A stretch of 35,820 bases of DNA from Aquificaceae bacterium (GTDB lineage: Bacteria > Aquificota > Aquificia > Aquificales > Aquificaceae): assembly GCA_037924335.1 (NCBI GenBank), contig JAXSMZ010000016.1, positions 1 through 35,820 on the forward strand, in the 5' to 3' direction. The translations under genes were made by a program, and so were the position numbers. The notes below the pieces were generated by a model. That model was not told the origin of the DNA and did not search any database. It saw only the letters and a program-made list of their open reading frames with translations. Within the stretch, counting starts at the first letter, position 1; each line of letters opens with the position of its first letter. Below are positions 7,693 through 17,053 of the stretch, in pieces.

Positions 7693-10600
7693 GGGTCAGC
7701 TCCACTTCACACTCGTCCGTTTCTCCGTACACATTCCTTTTGCACTGTTCTATGGGCAGTACTTTGTAAAACCTCTCAACAAATTCTTCCCAGTTGTCAA
7801 TTATGTACTTTGTCCACTCACTCTTGGTGTAAGAGTAATGCTTCTGGACGACAGAAAGAAGTTCCCTGATTTCTGCTTCATGCTTTAATTTCCTTGCAAT
7901 GACATAGGATGGGTTTATCTTACTGTGGATATTTTCGTCTAAGATGTACGCGTATCCGCCAGTCATACCAGCACCAACGTTGTAACCCACCTCTCCGAGA
8001 ACAACCACCATTCCACCAGTCATGTATTCACAGCAGTGAAGCCCAACGCCTTCTATGACTGCCAAAGCCCCGCTGTTCCTAACTGCAAACCTCTCCCCAG
8101 CTCTACCTGCAGCGTAAAGCTCGCCACCAGTGGCACCATAGAGACACGTGTTTCCCATTGTAACGTGGTTTTGTGTGTCATCTGGTTCACCAGTCCTTAT
8201 CACTATTCTACCCCCGTACATACCTTTACCCACATAGTCGTTGGCATCGCCCATGAGAGTCAGAGAAACACCCCTGTGATTAAAAGCTCCAAAGCTCTGT
8301 CCTGCAGTTCCTCTAAAGGTTATGTTTATCGTATCTTCAGGCAATCCCCCATCTCCGTACTTGAGTGCTATGTAATAGTTTAGTCTGACTGGCACGCTTC
8401 TGTCTGTATTCCTAATAGTGTACTCTCTGAAAACTTTTTCTCCTCTCTCTATGTAAGGTAGAATATCACTGAGTATCTGCTCGTTGGAAGAGGTCCTTGG
8501 ACTTTCGTTTTTATCCGTCATGCATCTCAGTGCTCCATCTTGTGGATAGGTATCCTTAAGAAACTCTTTAAGCTTTACCCTTTTTGAACCTGGAAAAGAT
8601 TCAAAGGTCTTTATATCAAGCAAGTCCCTCCTTCCTATTATATCATCAAGTCTTCTAAAACCCATTTTTGCCAGTATCTCCCTAACTTCTTGGGCTACAG
8701 CTCTAAAGTAAGCCATAACATCTTCAACCTTTCCTTTGAACTTCTCCCTGTACTTGGGGTCCTGCGTTGCCACTCCAGTAGGGCATTGATTGGTATGGCA
8801 CATCCTTGCCATCACACAACCTTCGGCAAGCATGGCAGCTGTCCCAAAGCCAAACTCTTCTGCTCCAAGAAGTGCAGCCACTATAACGTCCTTCCCAGTC
8901 CTCATACCACCATCCACCCTTATCCTTACCTTATCTCTAAGACCATTTTCCATAAGAACTTTCTGCGTTTCTGCAAGTCCTATCTCCCAATAATTTCCTG
9001 CGTTCTTTATGGAAGAGTATGGGCTTGCTCCGGTACCACCCTCAGTTCCGCTTATTTGAACTATGTCCGCGTAAGCCTTTGCAACTCCAGCGGCAATGGT
9101 ACCAACACCAGTCTCTGCAACCAACTTTACACAAACCCTCGCCTGTGGGTTTGCTTCCTTCAGGTCGTTTATAAGCTGGGCTAAATCCTCTATGGAGTAT
9201 ATGTCGTGATGGGGTGGTGGCGATATGAGCGTTATACCGGGTTGAGCATGCCTGAGCTTTGCAATATATTCGCTAACCTTGTGTCCAGGAAGCTGTCCCC
9301 CCTCTCCGGGCTTTGCACCTTGGGCTATCTTTATCTCTAAATCCTTAGCTGAAGCGAGATACGTGGGTGTGACTCCGAACCTACCGCTTGCAACCTGTTT
9401 TATGGCCGAGTTTCTAATGGTCCAGTACCTTTCTGGGTCTTCTCCACCCTCTCCCGAGTTACTTCTCATACCAAGCCTGTTGCAAGCTTCTGCAATTATC
9501 TCGTGAGCCTCTGGAGAGAGAGCTCCCAAAGACATACCGCCTGTTACAAACCTCTTCAATATACTTTCCACAGGTTCCACATCCTCTATGGGTATAGGTT
9601 TCCCCGCCTCCTTGTATGTTAAGAGGTGTCTGATGAAGGTTGGATGCTCTTCGTTGGCTATTTGAGAAAAGCTTCTGTAATCCTCGTAATCTTTTGATTC
9701 TAAGAATTTATGAAGTGCCCTTACTACAAAGGGAGACCATGCATGCCATTCCCCGCTTTTCCTGAACTTCATATCTCCACCGTAGTCAAGCTGGGGTTTT
9801 TCTGCGTCAAAACCAGCACTGTGTCTTTTGAGCAAGCTTTCTTGAACTTCAAATATTCCATCAGCTTCAACGGTTACTGGTGTGCCAGGAAAGTACTCTT
9901 CTACAAAATCTCTGTTTAGACACACAGCATCGAATATCTTAGCCCCTTGATAAGAGTTGAGCGTAGATATACCCATCTTGGACATTATCTTGAGCAATCC
10001 ATCCTCAAGAGCCTTCTTGTAATTGAGCAAGGCTCGTTCGTAAGGGACTTTTATATCTCCAGACTTACAAATTTCATAGATGGTCTCATAAGCCAGATAA
10101 GGATAGATGGCAGATGCTCCGTAACCTATAAGGCATGCCATGTGATGGCTGTCCCGTGCCTCTCCAGTCTCCACTATGAGAGAAACTTTTGTAGAAAGCC
10201 CCCTATCTGAGAGCCATTTGAAGACACCAGAAACAGCAAGAAGGCTCGGTATAGCAAGTCTGTACTTGGAAACGTTCCTATCAGAGAGTATTATTAGTTC
10301 AGCCCCTTCCCTTATGGCATCCTCCACCCGCCTGCAGAGTATCTCCATACCCAATCTAAGGTCGCATATCTGAATACCTTCGTACAGAGCATCATGGAGC
10401 ATATCCGTTATTCTTCTCTCACCGGCAAGGTCCTGAAGCTCAACAACACAGTAACTTCTCTCCTTTGGGTAGGTCATAGGAATTCTAACGACTTTGAAGT
10501 GTTTCTGACCTTCTATGGCTTTTAACTGGTAAGGTAGGAGTATAGGGCTATCTATCTGAAAACGTCTCGCATGTATCTCCGTTTCTTTGAGAAAGTTTCT

Positions 10601-12175
10601 TTTGTGTCCCAAGTTCATCCTCAAAGACATCACAGACCTTTCTCTTATGGGGTCTATGGGTGGGTTGGTAACCTGGGCAAACCTCTGCTTGAAGTACCTA
10701 AATAACAAAGGTGGTCTCTCTGAGAGTGGTGGAATTGGAGCATCATCTCCCATAGAGAAGGTAAGCTCCTTACCCTCTTCAGCCATGTAAGAAAGGACGT
10801 TCTTTATCTCCTCCTGAGTGTAGCCAAAAGCTACCTGCTTTCTTATCCTATCTGGGTCTTCCTGCGGTTCCTCTACTGTGCTTTCTTTTACTATCTGCGA
10901 TAGTCTAACAAGGTGTTTGCTTAACCACTCAGCGTAGGGTTTTATTGATGAAAGCTCCTTCAGTATAGTGTCTGTCTTTCTAATCTCCCCAGTCTTGAAA
11001 TCTACAAGCAATGTGTCTCCAGGACCAAGTCTCCCTTTCTCTTTCAATTTCCTACTCTCTAAATCTACTATACCTACCTCAGACCCCAGAACCAAAAAAC
11101 CATCAGCAGTAAGTACATATCTTGCAGGCCTTAGCCCATTTCTGTCCAGATGAGCTCCTATCACCTTTCCATCAGTAAAGGCCACAGATGCGGGACCATC
11201 CCAAGGCTTCATCAAGAGGGATTGAAACTCAAAGAAAGCCTTTACATGGCTTGGAATGTTAGGCATCATCTCCCATGCTGGAGGTATAAGCATATTTATA
11301 GAATGTTCTGGAGAGTATCCAACAAGGCACATAAGCTCAAAGACTCTATCGAGGGATGCGGAATCGCTTTCATCATAAGAAACAAGAGGTCTTATGAGCT
11401 TTATATTTTCCCCAAAGACCTCATGCTCAAGTTCATTCTGAAGGGCGTTCATCCAATTTCTGTTTCCTTGTATTGTGTTTATCTCTCCGTTGTGAGCCAA
11501 ACACCTAAAGGGTTGGGCCAACTTCCAGTTGGGGAAAGTGTTTGTTGAGTATCTCTGATGAAATAGACAGAAGTGAGATTCTATCCTCTCATCCTTTAGG
11601 TCTATATAGAAGTTGTCAAGCTGAAAGGCAACCATCATACCCTTGTAAACCATAGTTCTGGAAGAAAGGGAAGCTATATAAACCTTTTCATTTATCTTCT
11701 TGTCCCTTTCTATAAGCCTTCTCAGTAAGTAAAGCTGAACTTCTCTTTTCTCCTCCTCAACATGGCTGGTATCCAGTAAAAGATGGAATATTTTAGGCAT
11801 GACCTTGAGAGCAGTCTCACCTACGGCTGACTTTTCTACAGGGACCTCCCTCCACGCTACAAGCTTAAAGGGAGAATCATTAACATAACTCTCTATCTGA
11901 CTTCTCACATCCTCGTACAAGAAAAAAACACCAACTGCCAGATTTTCTACATCAGTATTGAGTCCATTATCCTTTATATAGTCAGCAAAGAACTTCCTTG
12001 GTATGCCTATAAGAATACCGGCACCGTCTCCAGTTTTTCCATCACCCCCTATTGCACCCCTGTGTGTAAGGTTTTTGACAGCCTCTATGCCCCATCTGAC
12101 TATCTTATTGCTAGCTTCTCCCTTTATGTTACATACAAATCCTACTCCACAAGAATCATACTCTCTCATTCCCAT
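7676..12175 (-). CDS. gltB: Glutamate synthase large chain (probably ferredoxin-dependent, stand-alone)
   Basis: DS|CGVGF Ntn Cys, HQRYSTNT, HNGEINT, PWDGP, SGEGG, QGAKPGEGG, [3Fe-4S] CVMARMCHTNQC, C-terminal GXGXG beta-helix. Confidence 0.97.
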   Translation of the reverse strand: MGMREYDSCGVGFVCNIKGEASNKIVRWGIEAVKNLTHRGAIGGDGKTGDGAGILIGIPRKFFADYIKDNGLNTDVENLAVGVFFLYEDVRSQIESYVNDSPFKLVAWREVPVEKSAVGETALKVMPKIFHLLLDTSHVEEEKREVQLYLLRRLIERDKKINEKVYIASLSSRTMVYKGMMVAFQLDNFYIDLKDERIESHFCLFHQRYSTNTFPNWKLAQPFRCLAHNGEINTIQGNRNWMNALQNELEHEVFGENIKLIRPLVSYDESDSASLDRVFELMCLVGYSPEHSINMLIPPAWEMMPNIPSHVKAFFEFQSLLMKPWDGPASVAFTDGKVIGAHLDRNGLRPARYVLTADGFLVLGSEVGIVDLESRKLKEKGRLGPGDTLLVDFKTGEIRKTDTILKELSSIKPYAEWLSKHLVRLSQIVKESTVEEPQEDPDRIRKQVAFGYTQEEIKNVLSYMAEEGKELTFSMGDDAPIPPLSERPPLLFRYFKQRFAQVTNPPIDPIRERSVMSLRMNLGHKRNFLKETEIHARRFQIDSPILLPYQLKAIEGQKHFKVVRIPMTYPKERSYCVVELQDLAGERRITDMLHDALYEGIQICDLRLGMEILCRRVEDAIREGAELIILSDRNVSKYRLAIPSLLAVSGVFKWLSDRGLSTKVSLIVETGEARDSHHMACLIGYGASAIYPYLAYETIYEICKSGDIKVPYERALLNYKKALEDGLLKIMSKMGISTLNSYQGAKIFDAVCLNRDFVEEYFPGTPVTVEADGIFEVQESLLKRHSAGFDAEKPQLDYGGDMKFRKSGEWHAWSPFVVRALHKFLESKDYEDYRSFSQIANEEHPTFIRHLLTYKEAGKPIPIEDVEPVESILKRFVTGGMSLGALSPEAHEIIAEACNRLGMRSNSGEGGEDPERYWTIRNSAIKQVASGRFGVTPTYLASAKDLEIKIAQGAKPGEGGQLPGHKVSEYIAKLRHAQPGITLISPPPHHDIYSIEDLAQLINDLKEANPQARVCVKLVAETGVGTIAAGVAKAYADIVQISGTEGGTGASPYSSIKNAGNYWEIGLAETQKVLMENGLRDKVRIRVDGGMRTGKDVIVAALLGAEEFGFGTAAMLAEGCVMARMCHTNQCPTGVATQDPKYREKFKGKVEDVMAYFRAVAQEVREILAKMGFRRLDDIIGRRDLLDIKTFESFPGSKRVKLKEFLKDTYPQDGALRCMTDKNESPRTSSNEQILSDILPYIERGEKVFREYTIRNTDRSVPVRLNYYIALKYGDGGLPEDTINITFRGTAGQSFGAFNHRGVSLTLMGDANDYVGKGMYGGRIVIRTGEPDDTQNHVTMGNTCLYGATGGELYAAGRAGERFAVRNSGALAVIEGVGLHCCEYMTGGMVVVLGEVGYNVGAGMTGGYAYILDENIHSKINPSYVIARKLKHEAEIRELLSVVQKHYSYTKSEWTKYIIDNWEEFVERFYKVLPIEQCKRNVYGETDECEVELTPEKKA

Positions 12176-12247
12176 ACACCTCTAAGAGGAACTACTATTT
12201 TAACTTATTTTTTAACTTAATTAATATCTAGATTCTGTCAATAAAGA

Positions 12248-12577
12248 TCATATTTCTACACCATCCATGTAAACTTTCCATCTTGGTGGTGATAGCTCAG
12301 AAGAACATCCCAGGGAAGTAGTATCATAAATTTTAAAGGCTCTTGGACAAGATGGTTCGTGCACAAAAATAAATATTGTGTTCTTAGGAAGCAAACTCAT
12401 GCTTGATTTCCAACTTTGAATTTCAAGCAGTATTTCTCTTAGCTTCTCCTTTACCCTACGATGCTCTAACCTTTCCTTAGACCCATGCTTTGTGTCTTCA
12501 AAGAACCAGACACCATTCTCTATGCTTTCTATTATCTCTTTGACCCTTTCCTCAGAAGCTACTCCATAGAACCTCAT
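12248..12577 (-). CDS. Hypothetical protein, 109 aa
   Basis: Fills the intergenic space with host-like codon and charge style; TAAAAT 7 nt upstream; no recognised family. Confidence 0.65.
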   Translation of the reverse strand: MRFYGVASEERVKEIIESIENGVWFFEDTKHGSKERLEHRRVKEKLREILLEIQSWKSSMSLLPKNTIFIFVHEPSCPRAFKIYDTTSLGCSSELSPPRWKVYMDGVEI

Positions 12578-12612
12578 AAAATTAATTTTAACGAGTTTAT
12601 AATTAAAAACCT

Positions 12613-13995
12613 ATGAGAGTTGTAATAGTTGGAAATGGACCTGCCGCTGCCAGTGCTGTTGAAGCCTTCAGAAAGGTGGATGAAAGCTCAGATATAATAA
12701 TGCTTTCAGACGAAGAGTACCCAACTTACGCACCAAACTGTATGGAAAACGTCATAAGGGGGGACATAAGCGAGGATGCTCTCTTTTACAAGGGTGGCTA
12801 TTCTTTTTACGAAAGGTACAGGGTAGATTTCAGGCCAAGAAAGGAAGTGCTCAGCATTGACAACAAAAGAAAGGTTGTTATAACGAAGGGTGAGGAGATA
12901 CCTTATGACAAGTGTCTGATAGCGGCCGGTGCCTCAAGCTTCATACCACATATCCAAGGAAGGGAGCTTGGTGGCGTGACTACTGCAAAGAACATATACG
13001 ACGCAAAAAGGATAAGAGAGTGGATAACTTCTGGTAAAGTGAGCAGAGCTGTCATTGTGGGAGCAGGACCCATTGGGGTTGAGGATGCAGAAACTTTAAA
13101 ACATATGGGGCTTGAGGTTTATGTTGTAGAGTTCTTCGATAGAGTTCTCCCCAGAATGCTTGACAGTTACATGGCTGACAGGTATATGAGGTACTTACAA
13201 GAGGAGGGTATAGAGTTCTATTTGAACCATCAAGTTTTAGCCATACACGGAGAGGACGGATGGGTAGAAGCTGTTGAGGTTGTAAAAAACGGAACAGACC
13301 AAAGGAAGTTTATAAAAGCCGATATGGTAATACTCTCTACTGGCGTAAGACCAAGGACTTACCTCGTTCAAGATACAGACATAAAACTTCATATAGATGA
13401 GGCAAAGAACAGGGTTGTTGGAGGGATTTTAGTGGACGAGCATCAGAGGACTTCGGACCCAGATGTTTATGCAGCCGGTGATGTATGCTCTGGAAAGGAT
13501 GCTTTGGGAAATTACAGATGGATAGCCCTCTTCCCAGCAGCTCAGCAAAGCGGAGCCATAGCTGGGTACAACATGGCTGGCATTAAAGTCAAAAACCCAG
13601 GCTTGGTTGATTACAACGCTGTAAAAACGAGAAGCATAACGGCTGGAAGTGGTGGAACTTTTGAGGACGCAGAAAGCTCCTTTACAGTAGAGTACGAAAA
13701 CTATCTTATAAAGGTCTTTCTTAAGGATAGCAGAGTATGCGGTTATCAGTTTGTGGGTGTTCCAAAAGACAGGACTCTGAACAGAAAAAACAGGTTCATG
13801 GATACGCTTGAACTTGGGGACTTTGAAAGTAAAGTGCTAAAGAGCAAGGGGCTTGGGCTTGAGGCTTCTGGAGTTCTATTCCATCACTTTATGAGGTTTA
13901 GAGACAGAAAAGCATCCCAAACCATCATAAAGGCAATAGAGAAAGGTTTGCTGAGAGGATCGGCAAACCCTAAGAACGAGGTAAAAATAATCTAA
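12613..13995 (+). CDS. FAD-dependent pyridine nucleotide-disulfide oxidoreductase (NADH oxidase/NirB-like)
   Basis: FAD motif VIVGNGPAA, NAD motif IVGAGPIGVE, TGVRP, TSDPDVYAAGD. Confidence 0.88.
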   Translation: MRVVIVGNGPAAASAVEAFRKVDESSDIIMLSDEEYPTYAPNCMENVIRGDISEDALFYKGGYSFYERYRVDFRPRKEVLSIDNKRKVVITKGEEIPYDKCLIAAGASSFIPHIQGRELGGVTTAKNIYDAKRIREWITSGKVSRAVIVGAGPIGVEDAETLKHMGLEVYVVEFFDRVLPRMLDSYMADRYMRYLQEEGIEFYLNHQVLAIHGEDGWVEAVEVVKNGTDQRKFIKADMVILSTGVRPRTYLVQDTDIKLHIDEAKNRVVGGILVDEHQRTSDPDVYAAGDVCSGKDALGNYRWIALFPAAQQSGAIAGYNMAGIKVKNPGLVDYNAVKTRSITAGSGGTFEDAESSFTVEYENYLIKVFLKDSRVCGYQFVGVPKDRTLNRKNRFMDTLELGDFESKVLKSKGLGLEASGVLFHHFMRFRDRKASQTIIKAIEKGLLRGSANPKNEVKII

Positions 13996-13997
13996 AC

Positions 13998-14597
13998 ATG
14001 AATCTTATATTCTTCGGTGGAAGCTTTGACCCAATTCACATAGGACATCTCATAACTGCAAGGGATATAGCAGAAGAGCTAAGATTGGAAAAAGTTGTTT
14101 TTATTCCAGCTTATCAGGCACCCCTTAAGGAAGCTCATAGAGCAAGCCCAAAAGATAGGCTTGCCATGCTAAACATTGCCATAAGAGGAGAGCCTATCTT
14201 TGAAGTGAGCAAGATGGAGATAGAGAGGGGTGGTGTATCCTATACGGTGGATACAGCAAGGGAACTTCTCAAGCTTTTTGGTAGAAAGCCAGCATTCCTT
14301 GTGGGTGCAGACAGCATGCTTACGCTTCATATGTGGAAAGAGCCGCATGAGCTTGTAAATATGGCCACCTTCGTGATAGCAGACAGAGAAGGAAAGGCGG
14401 AGAAAGTTAAAAGGTACATAAGAGAGATCTTTCCACATCTAAAGCCCGGAAAGGATTTTATAATACTAAGAACGAGGAATGTGGATGTTTCTTCTACCGA
14501 GATAAGAAAGAGGCTAAAAGAAGGCAGAAGCATAAAATGGCTAGTACCAGAAAAGGTAGAAGAGTACATACTGGAACAAAAGCTATATATAATTTAA
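13998..14597 (+). CDS. nadD: Nicotinate-nucleotide adenylyltransferase
   Basis: FGGSFDPIHIGH, SYTVDT, GADS..W, VSSTEIR. Confidence 0.95.
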   Translation: MNLIFFGGSFDPIHIGHLITARDIAEELRLEKVVFIPAYQAPLKEAHRASPKDRLAMLNIAIRGEPIFEVSKMEIERGGVSYTVDTARELLKLFGRKPAFLVGADSMLTLHMWKEPHELVNMATFVIADREGKAEKVKRYIREIFPHLKPGKDFIILRTRNVDVSSTEIRKRLKEGRSIKWLVPEKVEEYILEQKLYII

Positions 14598-14603
14598 TAA
14601 TAA

Positions 14604-14675
14604 GCGGGTGTAGCTCAGTGGTGGAGCGTCTGCTTCCCAAGCAGAAGGTCGCGGGTTCAAGTCCCGTCGCCCGCT
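14604..14675 (+). tRNA. tRNA-Gly (anticodon CCC), CCA not encoded
   Basis: Acceptor GCGGGTG/CGCCCGC, D stem GCTC/GAGC, anticodon arm TCTGC-TTCCCAA-GCAGA, T arm GCGGG-TTCAAGT-CCCGT, discriminator T. Confidence 0.96.
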
Positions 14676-14682
14676 TTTAAAG

Positions 14683-17034
14683 ATGGAAAGGCTTGAAAAG
14701 GCAGAAAAGTTTATTCAAGAGCTTGAAAGCCAAAACTACCTAAAGCTCAAAAGAAGCATAGGTGTAGGTCTTTACCTTTTTAACCTTCTCAAAGACCATT
14801 TAGACCAGGTACACCTTAGTATGCTAAAGGAGTTTGACAAGCTGAGCATAGAGAAAAAGATAGCCATTTTAAAGAGTGTAAAAGAACAGATCAAAAGACC
14901 CCCCTCTTTTTTAACAGTCAATTTTGACCTTTACGAGAAAAAGCCCATAGAGAGCTTCTTTATAAGCGTGGAAAACATGAGCCTTTTGAAGAAAGAAGAG
15001 AAAAAAACACTAGAAAGCCTTGGAATAAAAGACCTTTACTCTGCTCTTTGGTACATACCGGTAAGGTACGAGGACAGGAGAACAAACACCTCTATAAGAA
15101 CAACGATACCTGGACAAAGAGCTGCACTGAGATTAAAGGTAGTAGGAAAGGGCTACGACCCACGAGAGAAGTATCCTGCCTTTGTAAAGTGTGAAGATGG
15201 CACAGGAACTCTCTACTTACGATTTAGGTTCAAGGATGAGAGACCCCTCTATCAGTTCAGAGAGGGAAGCCATGTGGTAGTTTATGGTAGACTAAAAGAG
15301 TTCAAAGGAGAGAAGTATATGGTGCATCCTGAGATAATAACCAAAGATGGAGAATTTGGAAAGATACTACCTTTTTATTACATAAGGTCGAAGGGAGAAA
15401 ACACATCATCAAAAACCAGACACAGGAGAATAAGAAACATAATAGAAAAGCTCCTTGAAGAGACAAAGCACATCCCAGAATACATGCCAAAGGAGATACT
15501 GGAAAAGCATAACTTTCCTAAAATAGGGGAGAGCCTTTTTATGGTACACAAACCTTTAGATGGAAGCGAGGAAGACCTCAACGCTTTTCGCTTACCCTTT
15601 CAAAGAAGGTTAATATATGATGAGCTCTTTTTATTCCAACTGGCCTTAGGGTTAAAAAGAAAGGAAACCCAAAAGCTTCCAGCGGTTGTTATAAAAGATG
15701 GGGAAAGACACCTTGAAGATTTCTTATCCAAACTTCCCTTCCGCTTGACACAAGCACAGGAAAGAGCGATAGGTGAGGTACTCAAAGACCTTAGCAGTGG
15801 AAGACCTATGAACAGATTGCTACAGGGAGATGTGGGAAGTGGAAAAACAGTCGTGGCTATGGCTGTAGCTTACATATTGGCAAAAGAAGGACATCAGAGT
15901 GCTATACTGGCACCAACGGAAATACTGGCTTATCAGCATTACGATAACTTTAAAAAATTCCTTGGGTTTGCTGGTATAGGCGTAGGATTGCTAACAGGCT
16001 CAGTTAGAGGTTCTGCAAGAGATAGCATTTACAGACATGTAGCCAGAGGGGACATAAATGTTCTTATAGGTACTCATGCCCTGCTTCAAGAGGAGCTTAG
16101 TTTTAGATCCCTTGCCTTTGTTGTCGTAGATGAACAGCATAGATTTGGCGTTATGCAGAGGAAGCTGCTCCTGGAGAAAGGGGGAGGTTTTTATCCCCAC
16201 TGTTTAGTAATGAGTGCCACACCAATACCAAGAACCCTTGCCCTTTCCCTTTATGGAGACTTAGATGTTTCACTTCTTGACCAGATGCCAGAGGGAAGGA
16301 AGCCTATAATTACTAAATTATTCTTTGAAAGCGAAGCCGAAAAGTACACAAACTTCATGCGTAATGAGATAAACAAGGGGAGCAAGGTGTACGTTATCTA
16401 TCCCCTTATAGAGGAATCTGATAAGCTTGAGCTAAAAGCTGCCACTGTTGAGTATGAGAAATGGAAGTCCTTCTTCAATGACAAGAAGGTTCTGCTGATG
16501 CATGGAAGATTAAAGGATGCTGAGAAAAGAACTATAATGGAGGAGTTCAAAAAGGATGGAGACATTCTAGTATCCACAACAGTCGTTGAGGTAGGCGTTG
16601 ACGTTCCATCGGCAACAGTCATGCTCATAGAATCAGCTCATAGGTTTGGACTGTCACAGATACACCAACTCAGAGGGAGGGTAGGAAGGTCAGAAAGACA
16701 GGGGTACTGCTTTCTTGTTGTGCCCGATGAGGTAAAAAAAACTGAGGCAGAAGCCATAAAGAGGCTTAGCGTCCTTGTAAAAACAAACGATGGTTTCAAA
16801 ATAGCTGAAGAGGACCTAAGATTGAGAGGTCCAGGTGAGCTTATGGGTGTTTCCCAATCAGGATACTTTGGTTTTACAGTGGCCAACTTGGCAAGGGAAG
16901 AGGATAGAAACATGCTTTATATTGCAAGAGAAGATGCTAAAAAGCTTATAGAGAGTTCAAACATCCCAAAAGACCTCAAAAAGCTTCTCCTTTACAAGTA
17001 CGCAAAGAGAATTGACATCATCAGTATAGCTTAG
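14683..17034 (+). CDS. recG: ATP-dependent DNA helicase RecG
   Basis: PVRYEDR, QRRLIYDELF, QGDVGSGKT, DEQHRFG, MSATPIPRT, HQLRGRVGR, DLRLRGPGE. Confidence 0.97.
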   Translation: MERLEKAEKFIQELESQNYLKLKRSIGVGLYLFNLLKDHLDQVHLSMLKEFDKLSIEKKIAILKSVKEQIKRPPSFLTVNFDLYEKKPIESFFISVENMSLLKKEEKKTLESLGIKDLYSALWYIPVRYEDRRTNTSIRTTIPGQRAALRLKVVGKGYDPREKYPAFVKCEDGTGTLYLRFRFKDERPLYQFREGSHVVVYGRLKEFKGEKYMVHPEIITKDGEFGKILPFYYIRSKGENTSSKTRHRRIRNIIEKLLEETKHIPEYMPKEILEKHNFPKIGESLFMVHKPLDGSEEDLNAFRLPFQRRLIYDELFLFQLALGLKRKETQKLPAVVIKDGERHLEDFLSKLPFRLTQAQERAIGEVLKDLSSGRPMNRLLQGDVGSGKTVVAMAVAYILAKEGHQSAILAPTEILAYQHYDNFKKFLGFAGIGVGLLTGSVRGSARDSIYRHVARGDINVLIGTHALLQEELSFRSLAFVVVDEQHRFGVMQRKLLLEKGGGFYPHCLVMSATPIPRTLALSLYGDLDVSLLDQMPEGRKPIITKLFFESEAEKYTNFMRNEINKGSKVYVIYPLIEESDKLELKAATVEYEKWKSFFNDKKVLLMHGRLKDAEKRTIMEEFKKDGDILVSTTVVEVGVDVPSATVMLIESAHRFGLSQIHQLRGRVGRSERQGYCFLVVPDEVKKTEAEAIKRLSVLVKTNDGFKIAEEDLRLRGPGELMGVSQSGYFGFTVANLAREEDRNMLYIAREDAKKLIESSNIPKDLKKLLLYKYAKRIDIISIA

Positions 17035-17040
17035 TATAAT
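17012..17040 (+). promoter_or_regulatory. Perfect-consensus sigma70 promoter for the polysaccharide operon
   Basis: TTGACA 17012-17017, exactly 17 nt, TATAAT 17035-17040; ATG at 17054. Confidence 0.8.
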
Positions 17041-17053
17041 GATCTAAAAAATA

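Noticed and set aside
7673..12185. Many short plus-strand ORFs
   Set aside because: Antisense shadows of glutamate synthase.
12199..12219. TTTAACTTA direct repeat (12-nt period) upstream of gltB
   Set aside because: Could be a regulator site but is low-complexity AT-rich sequence; not distinguishable from chance by eye.
14604..14675. tRNA-Gly as integration site for the AT-rich operon
   Set aside because: No duplicated tRNA 3' end and no integrase seen; recG lies between the tRNA and the operon.
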